Position numbers and translations under genes: made by a program
Shown here: one piece after another, positions 25,913-36,939 of the stretch
Position numbering within the stretch: position 1 is the first letter of the stretch
Layout of the letters: every line of letters starts with the position of its first letter
From: Lama glama
Taxonomy: Eukaryota
Assembly (NCBI GenBank): GCA_028534125.1
Contig: CM052818.1
Span: 2,606,001-2,670,000, forward strand
Direction of reading: 5' to 3'
Length of the DNA: 64,000 bases
Notes under the pieces: generated by a model
What the model was told of the DNA's origin: nothing
Databases searched by the model: none
What the model saw: the letters and a program-made list of their open reading frames with translations, nothing else

Positions 25913-27589
25913 GATTCTAGGTGGCACTGTTTGCCTTAATGCCCTGAAAGTTCATCTTCCTTTCTTCCTGCTGCCCTTCCGCCTTGGACTGGCTTTTCTC
26001 TGCCAGGGACTCCTTTTCTGGGTTTGGGTCTTGCCCTTCCGGAGGGACTGCTCTTGTGGCCCTTAGTGGGAAGGGGGCCGAGAGGAGTCGAGCTGGGGAG
26101 TCAGGGTGGAGGCAGCCTCTCTTAACCCCCGCCCCTTCCATCTCTTCTTTCCCGGAGGCTCCATGACTGTCAGGCTGGGAGCAGAGAGGGGCCAGTGTGG
26201 GACTGGGTTAGATTTTCAGAAGAACATCTACAGTATCCTATTTATATAAATCTTCCCTTGGGGAAGAGGAGCGGTTTCTGGCTGAATTCTATCTTAGGCT
26301 CGAGGAGAAACAGAATAAAACTTGGCTTCCAGGCAGCAGCCTGGGCTACAGCCTGTTCTTTGGGAAACAGGACTGGTGCAAGCAGCTGTTTGTCACTCCG
26401 AGACCTCACAAGGGCTGGCCCTCTCTTCCAATAGCAGGCAGGCCAGGTCCTGGGCCCAGAGCAGCATTTGTTGACCTTGCACTCCAACTGCAGTGCCTTG
26501 CAAGTACTCAGCAGTATGTGTGGGAATGAAGTCCCCAGGAGGGCCATCACTGGCCATGTCCTATACCTCAAAGCAGGGCTGGTAGGTGCAGAGCTGGACT
26601 GCACACATGTGGTACTTGTAAGCCACTGGGAAGACCCCTGTGCTTGAAAACCTTTTCTCTACATCCTGCCTCAAGTCCCACCAGAGCCCTCCATCTCCTT
26701 GGCATAGGCACTCCCATTCTCTTCGGAATACCAGCCTCCCCCTTTCCTTGGAAGCAGTAGCATATTTTGACCTCTCAGTGGGACCAAGGCTGCCAGGCCC
26801 TTGTGTCCTTTGCAGATGAGGGAGGACAAGTCGAGGACCCTGGGGGCCAGTGTTCTCACAGCCGGGCCAGCAGCTGGCCTTGCTCTCCCTTGCTGTCTAT
26901 CTCTTTGTTCCTCTCCCCAGCGGTGTGGCTTGGCCCCTCCATTCACTCCACTGCCAGTGTCCGGGGGTTGCCAGTGGCCTTGTGCTAAGTCCAGCGGACC
27001 CTCTTCCTGCCTTCTCTTACTGGGTCCCTGCCGCACCCGGCAGGGCTGAGCACCCCCAGCTTCCTGAATCGCACCGCCCTAGCACTGCTGTGGCTGGTTC
27101 TCATCCCTCTCTGGCTGCTCCTTTCATGGTCCTGTGCAGGCTTCTCTGCTCACCCCGTGCACAGTGGCATTTCTCAGGGTTCTGTCGCGGGCTCCCTAGG
27201 GGAGCCCGTGCATGCCAATGGCGTCAGTTGAGAGGTGGCCTCCGGCCCCAACATCCCTCTTGGTCATCTGAGCCACAGTTCTGCTGCTGTTGGGAGCACA
27301 GGCAACTGTCATGGCCCAGGTGGCACATGTTGCTGTCCTCTGCCAATGTGCCTCTTTTGGGTGCCTGCCTTGGCCCCAAGACCACTCAGGAGCCCGACCA
27401 GAAACCTGCTTTCTATGCCTGCTTTTCTGTCTCCCCCACATCCAGTCTCCAGAAACTGTCAAGTTTACCCCCTTAACATCCCTTGATTTGAGCGCTCCCA
27501 CTTTTATCAGCTTTCACCTGGGTGGTTGTGACAGCCTCCTTCTGCTTCTCTGTCCCACAGCCAGAGCTGTCTCTCTCCTGCATAGCTGA

Positions 27590-28035
27590 CCGAGTCACTC
27601 TCTGGCTTAAAACCTTCCATGGCTCCCCACTGCCCTCAGGATAAAGTCCAGACCCTTAGCATAGCTGTGAGACTCGTGAGGTCCTGGTTCCTGCTCGCCT
27701 CTCTGGTCTCATCACTTGCCACTTTGCACTCTGAGTTTCAGCCTCCTGTGTCCAGAGATGCCACTTTGATTCCCCTTTCTTCTACTCACCTGGGTACCTT
27801 CTCTGTCCATTCTCAACTTAGGTTTCACTTCCTCCAAGGATCTTTGAATTTCCCCTCTCCCTCCGGCACGCCACACAGATCACTCTGGGCATATCTGCCT
27901 GCTTACTGGTCTATCTCCCCACTAGACTGTAAGCTCCTTGAGGGCAGGATCTGTCCTTCAGTTTTTGTATCAGCAGTGCCTAGCTTGGCACCTGGCACGT
28001 AGGAAGTACTCAATAAATGTTTGTTTAATGAATGA
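27590..28035 (+). mobile_element. L2 LINE 3' remnant
   Basis: gcttaaaaccttccatggctcccc...ctagactgtaagctccttgagggcagg...cctggcacgtagga.gtactcaataaatgtttg..aatgaatga, the L2 tail. Confidence 0.75.
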
Positions 28036-28646
28036 CTTGAAGTGATGTGTACAGGGGACAGCAGGGGATCCAGGATAGCTTCCTGGAGGAAGTTCAAGTG
28101 CTTTCATAGTCTCAGACTGAAGCTGTAGGTCCTCCCCCGACTCCAGATAGGCTGCCTGTGCTTCCCTGCACTGCAGAAAGCCCAGTGGCAGCTAGGAGTG
28201 AAGGGAAGCCCGTGGCCTGTGACACATAAGCTGCCTTCCCCAGATCTGCAGATGAAGAGGCCTAGAGGCTGCAGCAGGAAGGACATCATTTGAACAAGAG
28301 GCAGAATTTCCCAATGGTCCCTCATCCTGGAATCCATGTCCCTGATGAGCTTTGGAGGGGGCAGTAATGGGGACCCCAGGGTGTCACTTTTACAACGCAA
28401 GGGCCCAGGATAGAGATAGATCCCCACTCAGCCTGGGCCACTGCCCTAACTCGGATCTCCTGGGGGTCCAAGAGGTTCCTTTGAGGAGAGAAGGGAAGCC
28501 TGGGATCCGGTTCTACTGGGGGAGGTGGCTCCAATCCTTGAGCCAGGGAGTGGGCGGCACTCCTTCCCCCCTCCCCATCCGCAAATGAGTCACCACACCT
28601 TAGCCTTCACTGGGAAGCCTCAGGTCCAGAGGCTACCGAAGTAAGT

Positions 28647-29375
28647 TTAAGTGGGAGGTGGTCTGGGGGAGGGCAGAGTGGGGAGCCTTTGATGGGCTCG
28701 CACAGCTGCCAGGAAGGCTTCGTCACATGTCTCTCGCAGGCACATGGTCACAGTGTCGGTCCATAAGGTGCCATCACTACTTTCTGGACCCAAGCGCCGC
28801 TTCCGGGGGATGTCTCTCAAGGTGACAGAGAAAAAGTCCTGGGGCACCTTCATCCTGTGTGGCCGCACGGAAGGGAACAGCTCACGGATGATCACCTCTG
28901 AAGGCAGCCGAGGCACGGGCGCCACCTGGTGGCCGGACACGGTGTACAGGCTCACACCACCGTGCCCATCGGCCCTCATCTTCAGGAAGTTGCTGAAGTC
29001 TTGCTCTGGGCTGGGGTCGGGATGCACGCCCAGGCGGATGCCCTGCGGGTAGCCGATCTGGGTGGTGGGGGGCCTTGCAACTTTGTTGCTGGGATTCCAC
29101 ACCTTGGGCCGCCTGGCGGTGAGCTGCTTGCTGATGGCAGCGGGCGTCACTGAAGGCAGCTTGGGCCCCATCCGTATCAGGCGTTCCTTCGGGGAGAGGT
29201 GGAAGCCCTTGGGAGGCCACAGGTCCCCGCGCGTGGGGGTCTTGGAGAGGGCGGTGGCCCGGGGTGGGGTGTGGGGCCCTTGCTGAGTGCTGTGGACCAG
29301 GGAGTGTCGTTGAGGCTGCTGCTTGCGATGGAGCCACTTCTTGAAATTAGCTTCTCTCAAAATTTGCTGCTTTGT
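28647..29375 (-). CDS. ANKRD53: ANKRD53 last coding exon (TKQQILREANFKKWLH...PSPRPPPT*)
   Basis: ttgcag acceptor; open to TAA; contains QGIRLGVHPDP and VAPVPRLP. Confidence 0.92.
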   Translation of the reverse strand, partial: TKQQILREANFKKWLHRKQQPQRHSLVHSTQQGPHTPPRATALSKTPTRGDLWPPKGFHLSPKERLIRMGPKLPSVTPAAISKQLTARRPKVWNPSNKVARPPTTQIGYPQGIRLGVHPDPSPEQDFSNFLKMRADGHGGVSLYTVSGHQVAPVPRLPSEVIIRELFPSVRPHRMKVPQDFFSVTLRDIPRKRRLGPESSDGTLWTDTVTMCLRETCDEAFLAAVRAHQRLPTLPSPRPPPT

Positions 29376-30039
29376 CTGCAATGTCAGAAGGCACGAGACA
29401 GTTATGGAGGGCTGCTCCCCCTGTGGTTCTGTGCAAAGGCCCTGTGGCTGCAGCCCTGGAGACCTCAGGTCTGACTGAGTAGATACCTTCCTGCCCTGGT
29501 CTGGAGAGAGAAAGCCCTGCCTCGTGGGAGCCCTTGTTCTGATGGGGAGACAACTGTTGCCTGGAGGGGGCACCTGGGCTGGACAGAGCCTCTCCCATAG
29601 GGGAGACCCTCAATCTGATGGAGATACAGCCTCCGCTCTAGGTGAGGTCTCCAACTTGAGAGAGGAGACAGTCCCTGCCCTACAGAAAACCTTGAGTCTA
29701 GAGGGGGAGAGAAGCCTCCACCCCTGTAAAGGAGTTCCCAGTCTGATGGTGGAGACTTGTCCTCCCCTAAGAGAGTCTCTGGTTTGATGCGGAAAAAGGC
29801 ACATGAGAAGTGAAACTTATCCTTGACCCTGGAAAGAAAAGCAGAAAAGTCTGGAAGGCCAGGAACTGGGTGGAGCTAAAATGGGCAGGCTTCCTGGAAG
29901 TGGTGGGCAATGAGATACAGTTGGCTGGCTCTCCAGGCTGGGTGGTGATGCTCTGTCCTTGCCTCCACCAGAGCTGAACCTTCAACTTATTGTCACAGAA
30001 CCACCCCCTTCCTCCCTCCCAGTCTCAGTGTCACTTCCC

Positions 30040-30420
30040 AGACTGTTGCTAAACAACCAGGTGGTTTGGAGATTGACCCAGCTCCAGAGATAGGCTCTGA
30101 TTAGGCTAAGCCAATCATAATAATTCCATCAGCCTTGCCCCAGACCTCAGTCAGTCAGCACGTGGCTTTCCTTTAGCTCTAGGGATTGGAACAAGAATGG
30201 ACACCTGATGCAATTGAGGCCAATACGAGACAAGGGGAGTTCTGCAAGGGGCTTCTGGGAAATTTTAGAGCTGCAAGGACAGATGGGCTTTGCTTCCTCT
30301 GGACACATGTGACTGTGAGGACTGGATGACAACACCCACAACAGAGGAGGGTAGGACAGAGAAAGCTGGAGAGGAATGCAGCTGGGACAGAGCTGGAGTA
30401 CCGGATTTTGCCAGCCCCGA
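30040..30420. mobile_element. LTR16/ERVL-like LTR remnant in ANKRD53 intron 5
   Basis: gattgg....gaatggacacctgatgcaattgaggccaat..gagac..ggggagttctgc..ggggcttctgggaaa pattern; family from recall. Confidence 0.5.
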
Positions 30421-30938
30421 AGCCCTCCCCATTTCTGGGTCCACTTAGGATTCCCAGCATCTTCTTTTTGGGTTTTGTGGTACATGCATCCTATGTAGTT
30501 ATACCTGCTTGAAATCCTTTACTCTCCTTTTCTTCCCCAGCCAAGGTCTGGCATTGATCTGGCTCCTGCTGGGGCTCTAGCTCGTCGGTGTCCAGCACAC
30601 ATCTGCTTCCCTGGCTGTCCTGAACTTGTACTTGTTGGCATACACTGCGCTCTCATGTGCCCCTTTGCCTCTCTACAGGGCTGTGTGTCCCTTCCGCTTG
30701 GTCAGCCCTTCCCTGCTTCTTCCTATCACCAGCTGCTGCCCATCTTTAAAGACTTCCCTCAAGCATTATCCCTCTGACACCCTTCTCCTCACAGGAGGGG
30801 GGGCGAGGGAGGCTCTTTCTGGATGGGACCGCTTCTAGCCACTCTTCTAAGTAACCACACATGTGAGTCCCTGCCGCCCCTGCTCCCACACCTGGACCTC
30901 AGCTGGTGCCCGGCGGCCCTGCCTGCCCTACCCCTTAC

Positions 30939-31059
30939 TTCATTCTCAGCCAGGAAGTCCTGCTTCATGAGGACCAGCTGGTCCTTGAGCCTCTTCAGTT
31001 TCCCCATTTCACGGGCAAAGACTTTCTTGTCCTTTTTCCACATGGCATCCTTCAAGAAC
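30939..31059 (-). CDS. ANKRD53: ANKRD53 exon 5 (FLKDAMWKKDKKVFAREMGK...LAENE)
   Basis: accag acceptor, GTAAGG donor, 121 nt. Confidence 0.93.
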
Positions 31060-31451
31060 CTGGTGCCAAGGTAGGGGCGTGTCACCCTCTCCCTACCCCC
31101 AGTGACTGCGCTTCACCCTGGGCAGCAAAGACTGGCCACAGCCAAGGGCCTAGGTGCGGGTGGGTGGAACTGCCAGAGACAAGATGAGCAAGATGGTCCA
31201 TACCCACTGCCTGAAGCCCCTCTGACTAACTACTTCCTCTGCAATGAGAGAGGAAAGGGGCTGGATCACCACTCTCCAGCTGAGGAGCCAGGGGCCTCAG
31301 GGCAAGGAAGAAGGGAGATGCTAGCCCCTGGGAATAACATCGTGGGGAGGGGCCCCCTCCACAGATCATCCCTGGACGCTCTGAACTGCCCAGCCCTGGG
31401 TGAGGGCTCTGGGGAAGGGTGGCAGGCAGGGGTTGGCCTTTACATCCTCAC

Positions 31452-31616
31452 CGGATACAGTCGCGGTGGTTCCATATTCTGCAGTAGTCAATGGGCTTGC
31501 AGCCCGTGGCATCTTGGGCATGGACATTGGCGCCATCCTGTACCAGCCGCTTCACGCAGCTCAGCAGGCCCTGGCGGGCTGCCAGGTGCAGGGGTGTGGA
31601 GCCGTCGCGTGTCTGA
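31452..31616 (-). CDS. ANKRD53: ANKRD53 exon 4 (QTRDGSTPLHLAARQGLLSCVKRLVQDGANVHAQD...WNHRDCI/R)
   Basis: ccacag acceptor, GTGAGG donor, 165 nt, ankyrin repeat. Confidence 0.93.
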
Positions 31617-32262
31617 CTGTGGAGGGCCCCGCCATGGGGAAGAAGACAGAAAGGAAGGGAAAAAATGGCATCTGCCCGTCAGGTGGGTCGGCAAACCAGC
31701 TTCTAGGCCCACTGTTAAATCACCCAGCCCCCTGCTCCTTCCCCACGCCTGGCTACGGCCTGCAGGGCTTGCACGACCCGGGCCCTGCTTCCTCCTCAGC
31801 CTCAGTCTCTGACCTCGGCCCACTGTCTCCCAACACGTGGCCTTTGCGCCTCAGCCTGGAACACTTTCCTCTGGCTCTTTGCATGGCTGGCTCACTCTCA
31901 TCCTCTCCTCAGAGGTAACTGCCCCTTCCACAATAGATCTTCTGCCCATCACCCTGCTTATTCCCTTCATAACCACTTACCACGCTCCATCATTTCCTGC
32001 ATGTATTCATTTGCTAATTGACTGTTCGATCCTGCACTACAGCATCAGCTTCGTGAGGGTAGGGGCCATTCTGTGTGCACTGTTGTAGCCCTCAGCTCTG
32101 GCACAGTGCTTAGCACATAGCACATGCGAGATATGTAGCATGGCTGCACGAGTGCATTCTCCTCTATAGCATCCTGGCACGTTTCATGCATTTCTCAATG
32201 GTCACAGTCGTCTCCTGCGATAGGCACTGTCATCCCCCTAGATTTCAGTTGAAGACACTGAG

Positions 32263-32440
32263 GCAGTAGTTCCCAAACTCTGCTGCAAGCTAGAACTGCC
32301 TGGGGGTCTTCTGAGTCTTCCAAAGCCCAGGCTACACCCCAGACCAATTAAATGACAGCCTTTGGATTGGAACACAGGCACTGATATTTCTGAAGCTCCC
32401 CAGTTGATTCCAGTGCATTAACATGTTTGGGAACCAGAAC
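32263..32440. mobile_element. MER5A-like hAT-Charlie element
   Basis: cagtagttcccaaact...gcccaggctacaccccagaccaattaaat...aagctccccagttgattc...tttgggaacca. Confidence 0.7.
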
Positions 32441-32701
32441 ACGGAGGCTTAGGGTTGAGTGACCTGCCTGAGGTTTTGCTGTCTGCTAGGTGGCAAAGCT
32501 GGGATGTGAACTAGGTCTGTCCTCTGCCAAAGTCCGATCTCCTAACTAATACACCATGTGGGCTCTCTGCTGCTTTACGTGGGACCCAATCCTTCTGTCC
32601 CCGTAACCCCTCTACCCATCCTGCTTGGATCTGCCTGCCTGAAAGTGGGGTTTCTACCTGCTCAGCCTCCAAGCCACCGTCCCCACACAGGCTGGACTCA
32701 C

Positions 32702-32901
32702 GTGTTGAGGGCCGCCCCTTGCGTAATCAGATAGTGAATGCAGGCGAGGGCCATGGCCTCGTTGTTCCATTGGATGACAAGGTGCAGGGGTGTCTGGCCA
32801 TTGTTGGTGGGCAGGTCCACGGGAAACTTGTACTCCTCTACCAAGACCTGCAGGCATGCAAGCCTGCCACTCTGGGCTGCAAAGTGGATGGCAGTGAAAC
32901 C
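32702..32901 (-). CDS. ANKRD53: ANKRD53 exon 3 (GFTAIHFAAQSGRLACLQVLVEEYKFPVDL...GAALN/T)
   Basis: cacag acceptor, GTGAGT donor, 200 nt, ankyrin repeats. Confidence 0.93.
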
Positions 32902-33157
32902 CTGTGGGGGCCAAGGAAGGCAGCAATTTCTTTGGGTTACCCTCCCCCTCTTCCTTGAACCCCTCGGGAACCACACAGACCCCTTTCCCAGCCCCGTCTG
33001 TGTTCACCCTTCTTCGATCCCCCAAAATGGCCATCTACCCAGAAAAGGACGTCTCCAGATACTCCGCAGTCAGCTCTTCGCGCGGTAAGCGGTCTGTGCG
33101 GAGCTCTTTGAGGGGTGGGGGGACTTCCACTCTTGCGCCTGCTTTCTGAGGCCTTAC

Positions 33158-33377
33158 CTTGTCATCCGGCCGCATGTCCCCGCGGTTCAGATTTAGACAC
33201 ATCCGCAGCCATTCCAGGTTGCCCAGGGAGGCCGCGAACAGCTGGGCGGAGCTCCCGATCATCCTCTGGTCGCATTCATCCACCTGACTCAGCAAGCTGG
33301 GGTCCTGGGAGAGGAAGGCGGGAGTGAGCGCCAAGGCATTTTTGGAGCTGGGCCAGGGCGGGCTGGTCGGCAGGACG
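33158..33377 (-). CDS. ANKRD53: ANKRD53 exon 2 (...IGSSAQLFAASLGNLEWLRMCLN...DDK)
   Basis: ttccccag acceptor (5' boundary less certain), AAG|GTAAGG donor. Confidence 0.8.
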
Positions 33378-33490
33378 CTGGGGAAGGGAACCCAGGCCCC
33401 GGCCAAGCCCTGCCGGCTCCAGACCCCGCCCTTGCTGGAGGCCCCAGCGGTTCCCGCGCCCCGCCGCCCGCACACCTGGTCCCTGCGCAC

Positions 33491-33543
33491 CTGGGCCCCT
33501 GTGCCAAGTTGTTGTGGGTGGCCTTCAGGGGGACTTTCTTCAT
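33491..33543 (-). CDS. ANKRD53: ANKRD53 putative first coding exon (MKKVPLKATHNNLAQGP/S)
   Basis: accATGA context; KVPLKAT resembles human KVSLKAT; AG|GTGCGC donor is phase 2 and compatible with the next exon. Confidence 0.6.
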
Positions 33544-35638
33544 GGTCCACGTGGAGTTCCCGCTGGCGCTGCGGACCCGGCCTCGGGGCCCAAGGGTAGC
33601 TCCCAGGCGAGGGGGCCGGCAGTTGGCCTCCCTGGCGGGGCGGAACCCACGTGCCTCCGAGCCCGCCCTCCCCGCTCATCCTGGAACCTCAGCAAGACTC
33701 CACCAGACTTAGCTTTTGTTTCTGATTATAACATTAGTTAAGTGCAGACCATCAGCAACAGAAAAAAGGACAATGGTGATATTAAAAATCACAGTGCCGC
33801 CACCCACGGAAATCACGGTCTGTTAGGATATGTGTATACACGGCGTATACAGTTTTGTGCCTCTTAACATTATAAGCTAGCTGGTCAGTCCACATATTAA
33901 ACGTATGACCCCACCATAGCCAACGTCATAATGGGTGTGCTGGCATGTCACAAGCGCTGCAGAAAACAAAATGGCTCATCTCTGGTGGTCTTCTCAGGAT
34001 GCATTCCTAGCTGTAGAATTACTAGGTGAAAGGAATGAACATTTTTTAGCTGTTGCTATGTTTCCAAGCTGCCCTGCAGCAAGACTGTATATTCACTTAC
34101 ACTTTCACCTGCAGTGCAGCTGGTGCGCTGCAAATCGGCCGTGTGACTCTGGTCAAGTAGCTGAGCAATAAATGTTGCTTAAACCAGTGTTGAGTTTACT
34201 GAACCATCCACATTCTCACCCCTTCTCCGAAGAAAACAGACTCCAAGCTTATCAGAGGGCTAGTGAGGCCCCAGGGTCAATTCTAGGCGTATCTGGCCAC
34301 ACTGCCCACTTCTAACGACCTTCTCCCCTCTCCACCAGACGTTCCAGGTAGTTCCCCCTGGTAACCTCTATGATGGGGTGGGAAGGGACCACAGTGACCT
34401 GCAAGGAGGAACAAAAATGCAGATTCTCCACCCAGAAGAACCTCTCCCCCTTTCCAGGGAAACCTCCTTTGGTAGCCCACTTGCCTTCCAATCGCAGTGG
34501 TCAGAAAGAGGCAGCCCCACTCCCGAGCACCTCAAAACCCAGCAAATCCTGCTGGATGCTTGCCCCAGGTGGGACTCTAGGAACTGGCTTCAAATTACAA
34601 TAAAGTGACAATGCTTTGCAGGGACAAAATTTGAGGATTTCCTAGAAGCCGAGGGATTCTTTGGGCTGTTGCTTCTGGGGCATTAGGGTCCTAACAATGA
34701 CTGCAAGACACTATGTCTGCATTGGGGTTGGAGGGTGTGTCTCAGGACCTCTTCAAGTAAACCCTCTTTATCTTCACCTGGGGTGTCTTGTGGTCTCTAG
34801 ACCACCAGTTGCAAACTTGGCTATACCTTACAATTACCTGGGAGAAAAATACCAATGAAAACTCTTTATTCAAGAAAATCCATTAAATCTCAGTTAAAAC
34901 AGCGTGAGTCTGTGGCACTTAGGCCACAAACTGCTCCTTCCCTTCTTTCTCCCCATCTCAGAGCAATGACTGAAGCTCTGATCCAAGTGGGTGTGGCCAA
35001 GAAAATAGGGCTCCCTTCCCCCTCTCCTAGTCAATCTCACTGGCATCTCGCTGGGAGGAGCAGGCTGCCAGCATCTTCCAACAATGTTTCCTCTCTCTGC
35101 TCCAAGTTGCAGAGGCTAAATTCCTGATGAGTGCAGCCAAGAGACTGGGGCTCCCTTCCTCCACCCAGCCTTCACGCACAGGGAAGAGGCTTGACTCCAG
35201 GCATGGCAGACTGAGAATACTGAGGCCCTGATCACCCTTGTCCCAGCTTACATGCTCATGGGGCAGAGGTTCTGCATTGAGGACCAGAGGCTACCACCCC
35301 AGTACCCTGCTCATTAAGCAGGATGTCATTCTGAGAGATATGAACCACTGTCCCTGCCCTCAGCTCCACCACAGAGACTCAGATTCTGTCCAGTCAATCC
35401 AGAAAAACTGAGAGCTCCAAAGCGCTCCCCCAAATAACTGACTTTATTTGAAACAGAGCGTGGGGACATTCAAACTTAAGAATGCTCTGAAAACAATGGA
35501 TATTTTGGTGGTAAGCAATTAAAAACAGCTAGCTGTAGGTCTGCTAGTTTGCTAGAGAGAACTAGGGCAAAAGACAGCTTAGAAGAGTCCTCCTGGGGTC
35601 AGAACAAATCTCAAAGACTGGCTTTAAAAACTATTCCC

Positions 35639-36939
35639 ACGAAGAAATATTTGCAGAAGGAGAAGTAAGATGGCGGAGTAGAAGGACGCTTGTAGCTCAC
35701 CCTCTCCCACAAATACATCAAAACTCACATCTACAGACCCATCAGCCAACCAGAGCACTTGCTGAACTCCAACAGAACATTGCTCTCTTCGAAAGACAAA
35801 GATGCCAAAAATCTGGTAGGAGAAAAGGAAAAAGAAAGAAGAAAAAGCAAAACAGTGTGGGACCGGTCCNNNNNNNNNNNNNNNNNNNNNNNNNNNNNNN
35901 NNNNNNNNNNNNNNNNNNNNNNNNNNNNNNNNNNNNNNNNNNNNNNNNNNNNNNNNNNNNNNNNNNNNNNNNNNNNNNNNNNNNNNNNNNNNNNNNNNNN
36001 NNNNNNNNNNNNNNNNNNNNNNNNNNNNNNNNNNNNNNNNNNNNNNNNNNNNNNNNNNNNNNNNNNNNNNNNNNNNNNNNNNNNNNNNNNNNNNNNNNNN
36101 NNNNNNNNNNNNNNNNNNNNNNNNNNNNNNNNNNNNNNNNNNNNNNNNNNNNNNNNNNNNNNNNNNNNNNNNNNNNNNNNNNNNNNNNNNNNNNNNNNNN
36201 NNNNNNNNNNNNNNNNNNNNNNNNNNNNNNNNNNNNNNNNNNNNNNNNNNNNNNNNNNNNNNNNNNNNNNNNNNNNNNNNNNNNNNNNNNNNNNNNNNNN
36301 NNNNNNNNNNNNNNNNNNNNNNNNNNNNNNNNNNNNNNNNNNNNNNNNNNNNNNNNNNNNNNNNNNNNNACAGGAACCTTACTTCAAAATGACACCTGAC
36401 CCCAATGTTCATAGCAGCACTATTTGCAATAGCCAAGACATGGAAACAGCCTAAATGTCCATCAACAGATGACTGGATAAAGAAGATGTGGTATATTTAT
36501 ACAATAGAATACTATTCAGCCACAAAAAAAACAACATAATGCCATTTGCAGCAACACGGATGGTACTGGAGAATGTCATTCTAAGTGAAGTAAGCCAGAA
36601 AGAGAAAGAAAAATACCATATGAGATCGCTCATATGTGGAATCTAAAATAAATACATAAATACAAAACAGAAACAGACTCATAGACATAAAATACAAACT
36701 TGTGGTTGCCAGGTGGACGGGGTGGGAAGGGGCTGGGATTTAAAATGTATAATAGATAAACAAGATTGTACTGTGTAGCACGGGGAAATATATACAGGAT
36801 CTTGCAGTAGCTCACAGCAAAAGAGAATGTGACAATGAATGTAAGTATGTTCATGCATAACTGAAAAATTGTGCTCTACACTGGAATTTGACACAACACT
36901 GTAAAATGACTATAACTTAATAAAAAAAAGTTAAAAAAA
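35639..36939 (+). mobile_element. Young L1 with both 5' UTR start and 3' end, interior replaced by the 500-N gap; TSD aaaaactattccc (35626-35638 / 36940-36952)
   Basis: aagatggcggagtagaaggacg 5' start, L1 3' UTR with A-tail, 13 bp perfect TSD at a TT/AAAA site. Confidence 0.85.
35870..36369. other. Assembly gap (500 N)
   Basis: Run of N. Confidence 1.

Larger units (their letters stand above)
28647..33543 (-). other. ANKRD53: ANKRD53 coding span: complement join(33491-33543,33158-33377,32702-32901,31452-31616,30939-31059,28647-29375) = 1488 nt, about 495 aa ankyrin-repeat protein
   Basis: Ankyrin motifs GFTAIHFAAQ.G.LACLQVLV, QTPLHL, GSTPLHLAA and C-terminus DEAFLAAVR.HQ.LPTLPSP match ANKRD53; exons join in frame; start codon inferred. 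Confidence 0.9.
33050..33690. promoter_or_regulatory. CpG island over the ANKRD53 5' end
   Basis: CpG-rich; GC box and CACGTG E-boxes at 33548 and 33648. Confidence 0.7.

Noticed and set aside
35624..36454. Long ORFs of 180-270 aa in the ORF track (also 53399-53882)
   Set aside because: Artefacts of N-gaps translated as X.
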